Assembly: GCA_963675525.2 (NCBI GenBank)
Contig: CAXXSL010000016.1
Span: 640,001 to 704,000 of the forward strand
Reading direction: 5' to 3'
Length of the DNA: 64,000 nucleotides
DNA from: Anaerohalosphaeraceae bacterium
Lineage (GTDB): Bacteria > Planctomycetota > Phycisphaerae > Sedimentisphaerales > Anaerohalosphaeraceae
The position numbers and the translations under genes are program-made. This document shows, piece after piece, positions 28,842 to 38,490 of this stretch. Under the pieces are notes generated by a model. That model ran no database searches. It worked only from the letters and a program-made list of their open reading frames with translations, and was not told the DNA's origin. Positions within the stretch are counted from its first letter, which is position 1. Every line of letters begins with the position of its first letter.

Positions 28842-29984
28842 TCAATCATTCATCTTAATAACCACCGGATGGTCGATCCGGTCTTTGAAGTCCGTTAAAT
28901 ACTGCTGCCATTTTTCGAAACTGTTGAACTCGGCGTTTTCATCCCAGCAGGAACCGGCGTAATAGACAACCGGCGTATGGATCTTCTGCTTCAGCGTCAG
29001 CAGTAAATGGCCGTCCGCCTTGACGATCTCCGTCTTGTATTCCGAACCGAAGACCACACCGCATCCAAACTTTGCGGTGATAAAATCGGTCGGAAGCCAG
29101 TACGCGATGGTTTGATCGACGGTCCATGTTTGATCGCTGGTATCGCGAAGGATAATCCCCGCCGCAAGCGGGAGGGTATCGGTATCCTGTGCCGTATAAC
29201 GGCATTCGACGCGGTTCATATTACTCCCCAGATCGATCGAAATCCGTTTGGTTTCACTAACCGTATGATCGCCGGCTTCCCAAGGCTTATAGGTCAACTC
29301 AAAGACCGATCGAATGGGGCCGTTGGCGAGTACTTTCCATTCGACAAAATTACGCGGCAGGCAGACCTTCTCGTCAACAAAAGGCGCCAAACCGCCGCAG
29401 CCAAGGGTATTACCCACCTTATAAAAATCCCCGCCTTCACCGTGATCATAATGATAGGCGATTTTTTTCTGGTTGTAGTCGCGGATAAATTTTTCAATCA
29501 CAGGATACGGAACGGCCTTGCCCCATGCGTCAATACCATTGGTGATGGTTTCGTATTCCAGCGCCGGGCCGTACATGCGATAGGCCGTCTTGTCATTTTC
29601 CCACGCAAAATCATCCTTTCGTTCCGGCAAAAAACAACAGTAGGTCGTGCGCGTGGAGCGTGGCTTTTTAACCCCCTCGGGCAGTTTCATCAGCCGAAAC
29701 GATTTCGTCTGGCCCGGGGCGAAATCGGTTTGGAACAAAAGCTCGGTTTTACCGTCGATGTCAACGATCTGGGTGACCAAAAACTGTTCGCTTTTCAGAT
29801 CGTAGATGGCTGCGTTTTCTTTTGTCAGACCGGCAATTGCATCTTTAATAACCCCCCAGTCCAGACTCATCGTTTCATCGGCCCGGGATTTCTGAATTGG
29901 ATTGGCTGCAGTGAATTCTTCAGCATGCGTACAGCCGAACAGCACCAGCATCATGGCTAAGGATACGATTCTTCTTTTTGTCAT
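28842..29984 (-). CDS. DUF4861-family exported protein
   Basis: DDFAWEND..AYRMYGP, DAWGK, YH.DHGEG.DFYKVG.TLGCGG and GPIRS; signal peptide or lipobox LFGC. Confidence 0.82.
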   Translation of the reverse strand: MTKRRIVSLAMMLVLFGCTHAEEFTAANPIQKSRADETMSLDWGVIKDAIAGLTKENAAIYDLKSEQFLVTQIVDIDGKTELLFQTDFAPGQTKSFRLMKLPEGVKKPRSTRTTYCCFLPERKDDFAWENDKTAYRMYGPALEYETITNGIDAWGKAVPYPVIEKFIRDYNQKKIAYHYDHGEGGDFYKVGNTLGCGGLAPFVDEKVCLPRNFVEWKVLANGPIRSVFELTYKPWEAGDHTVSETKRISIDLGSNMNRVECRYTAQDTDTLPLAAGIILRDTSDQTWTVDQTIAYWLPTDFITAKFGCGVVFGSEYKTEIVKADGHLLLTLKQKIHTPVVYYAGSCWDENAEFNSFEKWQQYLTDFKDRIDHPVVIKMND

Positions 29985-30018
29985 GGTCTTCTCCTTTTCC
30001 GTTTTAAAAGACAGATTT

Positions 30019-30780
30019 CTATTCCGTTTTATATCCAAGTGACTTTGACAGTGTATTCGATGCTTTTAACACGCACTCTTTGACAAACTCAATTTTATCC
30101 TTCGTGAAACTGGCGACCGGCCCGGTCACGCCCATTGCCGCCACAATCTCATTTCGCATATCCCGAACTCCGGCAGCGAGGCATCGAACGCCGGGATGGT
30201 ATTCTTCCTCATCCAAAGCAAACCCTGTTTGCCGAACCTGCTCAATCATAGAACATAACTCCGCATAGGAGGTCATGGTATTGTCCGTCCGCTTTTTCGG
30301 TTGGAAAGATTCAGAATACTCATTTAAGTGGTCCTTGTAAAGATAGCTTAGAAAAATCTTCCCCGTGGCCGAGCAATGCAAGTCGGCCAGCGTCCCGGGG
30401 CGAGAAGCCACCTGAACAGGATCCGGGCTGTCGCAAACTTCCAGGATCAGCGAATGCCAGCCGCTGGGGATTGCCAGATGCGATGTTTGCCCGGTTTTGC
30501 GGGTTAATTCCTGAAGCAGCGGGACCGCTAACTGGCGAAGATCGGATTTACTGAGTGCATGCAGACCGATTTCGAATAATCCTGGACCGGCGAAAAAATT
30601 TGTTTTTCGTTTTTCAACCATGCCCTGAGAGCAGAGCGTCTTTAATATGCGGAATGCTGTTGTTCGGGGTATCTGGACAAGATCTTCCACCTCAGCGGCC
30701 GAAATTCCATTCGGTCGATCTGCCAATATCTTCAACAGCTCACATGCCTTAACCAAATTGGGGACTGCATAGTTATTCAT
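30019..30780 (-). CDS. IclR-family transcriptional regulator (KdgR-like)
   Basis: HTH PRTTAFRILKTL; HCSATGK; DEEEYHPGVRCLA. Confidence 0.93.
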   Translation of the reverse strand: MNNYAVPNLVKACELLKILADRPNGISAAEVEDLVQIPRTTAFRILKTLCSQGMVEKRKTNFFAGPGLFEIGLHALSKSDLRQLAVPLLQELTRKTGQTSHLAIPSGWHSLILEVCDSPDPVQVASRPGTLADLHCSATGKIFLSYLYKDHLNEYSESFQPKKRTDNTMTSYAELCSMIEQVRQTGFALDEEEYHPGVRCLAAGVRDMRNEIVAAMGVTGPVASFTKDKIEFVKECVLKASNTLSKSLGYKTE

Positions 30781-30787
30781 ATATGAA
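30776..30787. promoter_or_regulatory. Perfect palindrome TTCATATATGAA overlapping the IclR start codon (putative autoregulatory operator)
   Basis: 12-bp palindrome seen directly; position typical of autorepression. Confidence 0.5.
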
Positions 30788-31028
30788 ACCTTTGTTCCCT
30801 ATCCGAATAATTATACAGGACATATCTTTTCCGTCAACAAAATTCTTGCGGAGTTATTTGACCTTTCCCCCTGAAAACAACTGGATTGAAGTATATGTAT
30901 TGTCCTGAATTTTAAAAAAAACTGTATTAAGATCACACATATGCCTTATTTGAGATGTCTACTGGTTTTTCGAAGAGGCTGTCGCAATGAAATACCAAAT
31001 ATTCTCTATCTTTAATTTGGCCTGTAAG

Positions 31029-34000
31029 TTAATTACTTTTTATTTCCACCGGACCCATCAGTCCGGACCTCAACAGCTTCCAATCATTGCGAATCGAGAT
31101 ATTCGTTTGTGTATAGCGTTGCTCCTGAGGTTTCCCACGGTCACCAACCAAGCGATTGCGCCAGGAATTGACAACCGTAATTTCCAGTTGATTTTGACCG
31201 GCCTTCAATGCTTTCGTAATCTCAATGCGAAATGGTTTTGTCCAGACAATACCAAGGTTTTTACCATTCAATTCAACTGCTGCGATCCCAATATCTTCGA
31301 CGTTGTTTAATTCCAGCCAATATCGCTTGGATTCTGATACTTCAGAGCAAGTAAAACTATTTGTGTAAGCAGCCTTCCCGGAGTAATATTGAATGCCCCG
31401 TTCGGTGTGCTGTGTCCAGTCTTCCAATTGCTCAAATTGAACCAATTGGGGCCCTCCCCACGCCGAATCGAATGCAACCTGCCAGGGGCCCTGAATTTCC
31501 TGAACTTTTCTGTATTCAGGATAGTTAGAATCTGTCGTTCCCTGCTGAGCCGTTGGAATTGCTTTTTGAAAAACGATAAAGCATGATCCGTATGGATCAA
31601 ACTGTAAGGGAATGATGGTTCGTCCGGCGGATTGTTTGAAAGCATCGGCCAACCGAATTTGTCCCGTAATCGGATCCCATAACTCCGGCTGCTTTCCACT
31701 GACGCGAAATGCACAGTCAATTGTTCGAGACTGCTCTGTCTGGTTGCAGACAAAATACACGTCGCCTTCTTTAATGGTGTAATGAATGTAGTCATAAAAA
31801 GAGCTTTTTTCGGCTCTCATTGCCTCGAAGTCTGGAGCAACACCTTCGCTCTGCAGGAGTTGGCGGGCAGTTCGCCCCCAGGTCAGGCATCCTATACCGA
31901 CTTTCTTTTGTCCGCTTTCGGCTGGATCGTCCCCCCATGTTTGATCGGCAAGGTCATGAAATCGCTGTTGTGCCGACTTGCCTCCAATGAGACTGACCAA
32001 TCGTTCGGGCTTTGGCCCCAATATCGCAGCGCCCTGCTGTAACAGTTCGACAACCTTTTCTAAAGCCGCCAATGACAAAACTCTATGTCCCGGCAATACA
32101 AGCAGGCGATAGCGGCCGCCGCCGGGGGTGATGATCTTTCCATCAAGCACTTTCAATTTAAGCAAAATGTCTTCATTGGTCACATCATAATCGTATCCGG
32201 GCATCGCCCCGGCCGGGTCGGATTCTTTCAGAGCCGCAATATTGGGAACATGATCGCCGTAATAATATAATACATCCGCTACAAATGTGCCGCGTTGCGT
32301 CAGAGACTGAATGCGATTGATATAATCCATAAACGCATCGGAATACTCCCACCACGTCACCTGCGGATTTACATGTGTACCGGCAAAATATTCCTGACCG
32401 GGCAAACCCATTTCTTTCGGCGAACAGGTAAAAGTATGAAAAAAGATCATATTCAAACCCGAACAAAATTCATGATCCATGCTCGGCTTTTGCGATTTCC
32501 ACAGAACATCATTCCAGTGCGGGCCAATTGACGTAAATGATTCGGCCCCGACATATTGTTTGCCGTAAATATGTGCCGCAGAGGAGGCCTGCTTAACAAA
32601 GAAACGCTGCGGAGGGGTGGGCCGATGCGGCGAAGGCACCCAGAACTCACTCATCATAATATCACTGTGGGAATAATTTTTAATTCCGTCCATTGGTCCT
32701 GCATGAGGCCCAGCTGATTCAGGCTGAATCCCGAGGTTGTATCGGGCGGCATGCTCGGCGAAGACCTTATAATGATTCTCGGAAACACAATGAGCCAGCG
32801 TCTTTCTAAGATCGGCCAAAAAAGCATTGCTGGCCTGACGGTTCTCAACAATTTTTCCGGCGATGACCGGTAAATATGGGATCGGGTCATAGCCGCAGTA
32901 TTTTTTGTAGTCTTCTGCAAATTCCGGGCTCCAGTTCATCCCGCCGCATTCCCAACTGTCGGTTTCCAACTGCTTTAAGACAGTTCCAGCCAGTGGTCCT
33001 GCTTTTTTGAGTAACGGATCAACAACTTCGGCCCAATACCGGTCGAAAGCCTCCTTGTTGAGATAATCGATCACGTGCCCTTTCCAGTCAGCACTGAATG
33101 TCGAAACATGAGAATCTGTAATGGTATATCCAAACCGCAGAATCGTCCATGTTCCGGCAGGGATATCCCATGTGAGCCGGCCGTTAGAATTCATCTTACC
33201 CGTAATATCCCGGATATCCTCCAGCAAGGCGTCCTCTTCTCCCGGTATGGAGGGGTTGTCATTTAACAAAAACCGGGTGTCCGGAGCGGACATGCCGATT
33301 TCTTCATATCCAGATTTTAACCTAAGATCCTTAATGGGTTCTCCGGAAGCACTATTCATCATTTTCTGCCCCTCGGAATCAAGCAAAAGCGTCAGATTAG
33401 AGACCTGCACGTTCCGCGGGGACTCCGGAAACCGGAGATCATAAGCATCTTCAAACAGAATGCGGAAAATCTTGCCCTGAATCGGGTCAAACGTAATATC
33501 ATTTGATTCGGGGTGAAGTGAGTATACGTCTGTCTTTTTTTCATCGTCCAGGCACAACACTCGGCATTTCTTAGGACCGTATCCGGGCCGACTCTGCATC
33601 TGTAAACCGGAAAGAATCACAGGTTTGATAAACGAGAATTGCAGCCATTCGGGAGCCTTTGTGGTCGGACCCTGCCCGGGTTCTGTTCCTGCACTGACCC
33701 AGAATGTCTCGTTCTTTCCGTCAATTGCTTCAGCGGGAGGATAATTGCCCTGATGGGAACTGGCGCTCAGATCAAATCCCGTCCGGGACCTGATCGTTTC
33801 GGGATATGCCAAGACACAGACATCACGATAGTAATCGTTTCGGTAATCCGGCATCGGGAGTTTTTGGCTATAAGACATCGGCCCTTTAACCTGAATCTCG
33901 GACCATGTCAATTGTTTGGCCGCGAAATCCGGGGTGACATTCGGCCCGCCCAGATTCCAGCCGCTTTGAATAGACAACCCCAACTCCAAGCCAAGCCGCT

Positions 34001-34367
34001 GAGCTTCTTTCAGGGCATGCATATATAACTCAACCCAGGCGGGGCTTGCGAATGTCGGCCCGGCCGGAACTTGCGCATTTCCCCGCTGGTCTGCTCCCCC
34101 TGCATCAAAGATCATCGCACCACAAAAGCCTTTTTCATGCATTGCCTCCAGGTCTTTGGTGATCGCTTCTTTGGTTACATTACTGTTGAGCCACCACCAC
34201 CAGCAGCGAACACCAGAATTCCTCCGAGGATTTGTAAAGTCTCTTTCTATGCGGTTTTCAACAACGGTGATCTGGGATGCTGTTGACGAATTACAACCTA
34301 ACAAAACCAATATCAAAAACATAATGGTACACAGATATCTGCTGTGAAATTGACGTTTTTTTGTCAT
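31029..34367 (-). CDS. GH106 alpha-L-rhamnosidase with an inserted F5/8-type C (CBM32-like) domain, lipoprotein
   Basis: WWWWLNSN, GWNLGGP, TDSWE, SSAAHIYG..VGAESFT, and C-terminal YYSG...LRSGLMGPV; lipobox LLGC. Confidence 0.9.
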   Translation of the reverse strand: MTKKRQFHSRYLCTIMFLILVLLGCNSSTASQITVVENRIERDFTNPRRNSGVRCWWWWLNSNVTKEAITKDLEAMHEKGFCGAMIFDAGGADQRGNAQVPAGPTFASPAWVELYMHALKEAQRLGLELGLSIQSGWNLGGPNVTPDFAAKQLTWSEIQVKGPMSYSQKLPMPDYRNDYYRDVCVLAYPETIRSRTGFDLSASSHQGNYPPAEAIDGKNETFWVSAGTEPGQGPTTKAPEWLQFSFIKPVILSGLQMQSRPGYGPKKCRVLCLDDEKKTDVYSLHPESNDITFDPIQGKIFRILFEDAYDLRFPESPRNVQVSNLTLLLDSEGQKMMNSASGEPIKDLRLKSGYEEIGMSAPDTRFLLNDNPSIPGEEDALLEDIRDITGKMNSNGRLTWDIPAGTWTILRFGYTITDSHVSTFSADWKGHVIDYLNKEAFDRYWAEVVDPLLKKAGPLAGTVLKQLETDSWECGGMNWSPEFAEDYKKYCGYDPIPYLPVIAGKIVENRQASNAFLADLRKTLAHCVSENHYKVFAEHAARYNLGIQPESAGPHAGPMDGIKNYSHSDIMMSEFWVPSPHRPTPPQRFFVKQASSAAHIYGKQYVGAESFTSIGPHWNDVLWKSQKPSMDHEFCSGLNMIFFHTFTCSPKEMGLPGQEYFAGTHVNPQVTWWEYSDAFMDYINRIQSLTQRGTFVADVLYYYGDHVPNIAALKESDPAGAMPGYDYDVTNEDILLKLKVLDGKIITPGGGRYRLLVLPGHRVLSLAALEKVVELLQQGAAILGPKPERLVSLIGGKSAQQRFHDLADQTWGDDPAESGQKKVGIGCLTWGRTARQLLQSEGVAPDFEAMRAEKSSFYDYIHYTIKEGDVYFVCNQTEQSRTIDCAFRVSGKQPELWDPITGQIRLADAFKQSAGRTIIPLQFDPYGSCFIVFQKAIPTAQQGTTDSNYPEYRKVQEIQGPWQVAFDSAWGGPQLVQFEQLEDWTQHTERGIQYYSGKAAYTNSFTCSEVSESKRYWLELNNVEDIGIAAVELNGKNLGIVWTKPFRIEITKALKAGQNQLEITVVNSWRNRLVGDRGKPQEQRYTQTNISIRNDWKLLRSGLMGPVEIKSN

Positions 34368-34758
34368 TTTTCTTCCCTGAAAAGTATCGACTGTTTCCTT
34401 TTTATTTTCTTTCAAATTGTATCCACTTGTATAATAAGGGCTGGAATTATCACAGGCATTCACCGCACCGTCCTAATTCGTGTGACATGTTTATCTTTGA
34501 ATCTACCGAAGACCACATAAAAAATCAATAAGAATATGGAGAAAACAGCGATGATACCGTTCCCATTAAGGCACGAAAAATCCGGCAAATTGCCCTACAC
34601 AAATTAGTCTGCATTAAGCCCGGCTCTTAAAACAGCTTGATATCGTCAGCCTGTAGTTACCATCCAGAAGAGGCCCAATGCCCTTCTCGGACCATTAATC
34701 ATCACGTCTTGATACCTGTCTCAGAAACATAAATTTCGGGAATCGAACAATCATCAAA

Positions 34759-37700
34759 TTACTGACTTGCAATCGCCTGTATTTCCTGTTGTGTCAGCGC
34801 TGTATCATAGATCCGGACCTCATCGATCAGGCCCTGGAAGTAACGGGGACCGCCGGCGGCTAAATACGCGCCGATCTTAACATCTTCAGCCGAACCGCTA
34901 TTGATCGGCTCGTCCGCAAAGGAACTGATCGTTTCAAGCTGACCGTCAACATACAATTGAGCTTCTGCAATATCCGGGCTGCCGTCATCGGCGACCACAA
35001 CGGCAACATGGTGCCATGTGTTGTTATTGATGACGGTGGTGCCGATAATATTGCCGCCCTGGACTTCCGCGCGAAGCTGACCGCCTTCATTAACACGAAT
35101 GACCCAGCGGCCGCCATTGTATTCTTCGCCCCACGTCAGGATCTCACCGGAGACCGAAGCGGTTTTGATCCAAGCCATACAGGTACGGCTGCCACCGCCG
35201 GGAATGCCTTGATAGCCGGACACTTCGACATGGTCGTTCGTGCCGTCAAAACTAAGGGCATTGCCGGAATAGCCCAAATCCCATGTCGGAGCATTGACAA
35301 GCGTGCCTGGCCGCCAATAGATCGAGCTATCGTATGCCGTATCGCCGCTTGTTTCGTCGAATTTCAAATGAAGCTGCATGGCTTCATCACCCAGCCAATT
35401 ATGGGCTAATACTGAGAAATCTGAGACGGTGACATCATCATCGCCATCCAGATCCGCGCCGTCACAGGCAGGGGCATCCACACAATCCAGCATTAACCAT
35501 TGGGCCGCGAAACCGAGCAGATCGGTCATCCCTTGCGTACCAGAATAGGTATTGGCAACCTGAATCGTCATCGTCGCCGTATCATAAAAACCGGTGCCGT
35601 CTGTTACACTAACCGTAAAACTATTCTCGCCAATGTTGACATCACGCGGAATACCCGACAATGCTCCATCCGGCGCCACAGTCAGCCAGTTCGGACCGGA
35701 GACCTTCGAGAAGGTCATCGGGTCACTTTCCGGATCGGACGCATCGTCAGCAATCGTGCTGTTATAGGCCTTAAGCTCGATAGCGTCGATCTCAGTGACC
35801 GGGTCAACGATAAATAACGGAACACCCCAGGGCGAAAGATAAGAACCGTCAATGATCTGCTGACTCAGGCCTGGCCCCTGCCAGGCGACAGCCAGGTTGT
35901 CGCCGCCGGTACCTTCCTTCTGAAGCACTTCAATGTAGTACATCTGCCCGCCCGTCAATGTGATCGATAACGATTGCTGCTCGAAATACTTGGTCCATTC
36001 ACGCGAATTGGTCCAACCTGGAACATTAGCGATCAACGTTGCGTTAGCCGGATTGCTATCTGTGCTTAAATACAGTTCACAATTGTCATCACCCGCGACC
36101 CAGAACGTGTAATTGCCACTGGTGGGCGGATGAATATAGCCGCGAATGCGTGTACCGTAATTATCCGCCCAATCCGTAAGACCTTCTAGGCTGATCAACT
36201 GCTCACTGCCTGTTGGATTATTCGGATAATTCGCATTGGACGTCAAATCCGTGACCGCCGTGCCCGTAATCCCGGTCCACCACTGGCGCAGGATCGTGCC
36301 GCTGGCGCCGCCGATTTGCGGTGTCGCACTGACCTGGCTCGAATTGGCAGATCGGTTGAGCGATTCGTCGACAGCTTTCACAACATAATAGTATGGGATT
36401 GTCTGGGTCGCCTCATTGTCCGTAAAGGATGTGCCTGTAATACCGCGGCCAACAATGTCATATGGACCGTCGCTGGTTGTAGATCGCAGCACTGTGTAGC
36501 CGGCCAGATCCGATTCGGAATTCGCATTCCAAGTCAGATCCACTGACGTCGCGTTCGCAGTAGCCGTGACACCTGTCGGAACCGCCGGTGCAACAAACTC
36601 GATCGCTGTGCCGACCGGAAGCAGCCGCCACATCTGATTATAGCCTCCCACAGAATCCCATTGACGAATATTCGCGCCGTCAGATATGGAGGCCCCCTCC
36701 ACATCAAGACATTTTTTGTTCCATCTGCTTCGAATATAGAACCAGCCGTCCTCGATATAATCAAAGTACCACTGCTGATTCTCGCCCCCTGCAGTACCTG
36801 CCATATCCCACTGTGCGATATTGCCGCCGTTATTATATGAAAAATTAAACACGTCCGCACATTTACCTGAATGCACAACAGTGACTTTGAAATGACTCCA
36901 GTCCCCGCCACTATAGGAATTGAGTGATTCAATATCCCACTGCTGGTGAGTCCCGCCGGTATAGGTGTTCTGCCGGATGTTAGCACCATTGCTGGTCGAA
37001 GCGGACGCTACTTCCATCACCTTACTGCTATTGCGGTTCACCAGCACATAGCGGCCGTCAGTAATCGGCGGCTGAACGTCATCGCCCCAGGTGATATTGA
37101 TTACCCTCTCAGCATTTTTATGGTTTGAGGTTTGATAACCGTCACCGCCTGAAGTCGCAACAGTGTACGACCGCTGCGGGCCGTGACCGTCAAAAAACAC
37201 GGGGCGATCCGCGCAGTAAAACTCGTAAGTAGTCGGCCTGGCTTGCCGTTCCTGCTCACCGACAAAGCCCTGTACTCTTCCATCCGCATGACGATAAACC
37301 GCAGCCGCCGTCCAGTTGGGCAGGTGTTCGGCATAGCCGAGACGTTTGCCGAATCGGCAAGCCTGAGCAAACTCGCCTCGCGCCCTTCCCGCGGTTCCCC
37401 ACCAAATCACACCATCTAAACCATATTCAGCCCCGACAATGCATTCACCAACATTATGCACTTCCGGCTCAAATGTTTCGATGGAATTGCAGGAATGCAA
37501 AAAAGCCACATATTCCGAACACGCTCCTGCCAGGTTGTGTGTCGATCCCAATGCAGCACGGGATCTGATCGGATCAAACCAATCAAACACCACATCAGAA
37601 TTTAATACGCCGAGTCCACCCGTGAGCATGCCGGAAAATTCCGAGCGGCTCTGCATGTACCCCAGCGCATCGTAGTAATCCTGCGGCGAACCCTGCCTGC

Positions 37701-38223
37701 CGGGCTGAAGGTCAGGTTCATTGGCCAAATCGAGCCAGTCAATGTCAGGGGTATTAGACAGCAAACTGAGATAACGCACATTAGCCGAAAACAGAGCCGC
37801 AAGCCGATCGGGATACACGCGATCCTGCCCGCTGATATACCAGTCACTTTCTATATTGTCACAATACAAATACCACTTCAGATCGGCGCCACCATCGGCA
37901 ACGATCGCATTAAGTTTGCCCTGCAGATACGACTTGTCAGTATCACTAAGTTCACTGTCCCATATGGTTGATCCATTAGTCAATTCAGAATCCTGTGCGC
38001 AAGGCACGCGTACGCAATTTAACGCATCACCCATGAAGATAACGCTACGAGGTACTTGATATACCCATCCCCTATCATACCCCCAGTGTGTAATATTCTT
38101 GCTCTGGCCCGAATCTGAAGTGCTAAATGTCACTGTTCGGTCCGCACCGAAGACAGTTGCGTTGAACACTGCCATAAAGAGCGATATCACAAGCAAAAAC
38201 AATAGATTGCCTGGAATTTTCAT
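34759..38223 (-). CDS. Secreted modular putative glycoside hydrolase: unassigned catalytic domain + ricin/CBM13 + FN3 + PA14 + cadherin/Ig + dockerin + LamG
   Basis: Signal peptide; NEPD and PEVH candidate catalytic Glu residues; QQW repeats; FN3 YYYVVKAVD; PA14 GDDNCEL; DLDGDDDV..SDF dockerin; LamG WHHVA...LIDEVRIY. Confidence 0.75.
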   Translation of the reverse strand: MKIPGNLLFLLVISLFMAVFNATVFGADRTVTFSTSDSGQSKNITHWGYDRGWVYQVPRSVIFMGDALNCVRVPCAQDSELTNGSTIWDSELSDTDKSYLQGKLNAIVADGGADLKWYLYCDNIESDWYISGQDRVYPDRLAALFSANVRYLSLLSNTPDIDWLDLANEPDLQPGRQGSPQDYYDALGYMQSRSEFSGMLTGGLGVLNSDVVFDWFDPIRSRAALGSTHNLAGACSEYVAFLHSCNSIETFEPEVHNVGECIVGAEYGLDGVIWWGTAGRARGEFAQACRFGKRLGYAEHLPNWTAAAVYRHADGRVQGFVGEQERQARPTTYEFYCADRPVFFDGHGPQRSYTVATSGGDGYQTSNHKNAERVINITWGDDVQPPITDGRYVLVNRNSSKVMEVASASTSNGANIRQNTYTGGTHQQWDIESLNSYSGGDWSHFKVTVVHSGKCADVFNFSYNNGGNIAQWDMAGTAGGENQQWYFDYIEDGWFYIRSRWNKKCLDVEGASISDGANIRQWDSVGGYNQMWRLLPVGTAIEFVAPAVPTGVTATANATSVDLTWNANSESDLAGYTVLRSTTSDGPYDIVGRGITGTSFTDNEATQTIPYYYVVKAVDESLNRSANSSQVSATPQIGGASGTILRQWWTGITGTAVTDLTSNANYPNNPTGSEQLISLEGLTDWADNYGTRIRGYIHPPTSGNYTFWVAGDDNCELYLSTDSNPANATLIANVPGWTNSREWTKYFEQQSLSITLTGGQMYYIEVLQKEGTGGDNLAVAWQGPGLSQQIIDGSYLSPWGVPLFIVDPVTEIDAIELKAYNSTIADDASDPESDPMTFSKVSGPNWLTVAPDGALSGIPRDVNIGENSFTVSVTDGTGFYDTATMTIQVANTYSGTQGMTDLLGFAAQWLMLDCVDAPACDGADLDGDDDVTVSDFSVLAHNWLGDEAMQLHLKFDETSGDTAYDSSIYWRPGTLVNAPTWDLGYSGNALSFDGTNDHVEVSGYQGIPGGGSRTCMAWIKTASVSGEILTWGEEYNGGRWVIRVNEGGQLRAEVQGGNIIGTTVINNNTWHHVAVVVADDGSPDIAEAQLYVDGQLETISSFADEPINSGSAEDVKIGAYLAAGGPRYFQGLIDEVRIYDTALTQQEIQAIASQ
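34780..35600. repeat. Direct repeat copy 1: dockerin-LamG coding module shared with 38509-39330
   Basis: Near-identical DNA at offset 3729, including synonymous sites; boundaries approximate. Confidence 0.85.
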
Positions 38224-38490
38224 GACACCTCTACTGCCAACGTGTATCTCCATGGAAAAAAAACCAATCTCTAGCATTTTGTTCATGTCCCCAACTGGGA
38301 ATAGTGTCATTAGTAAGTGTATCATACCCAAATTAAAACTTTTTTTAGTATACCGTTTCATAAAAACGATAATTTTAATGAAAAACCAGAATTACGGGAT
38401 AAATCCGGAGGCATCAGCCTGCAAACCTATTATTGTACGGCGGTTTCCGGCGGTCCTAAATGGCTACTCGGAGCGTCACCAATAATACTT

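Noticed and set aside
29007..29960. 317-aa plus-strand ORF
   Set aside because: Antisense shadow of the DUF4861 gene
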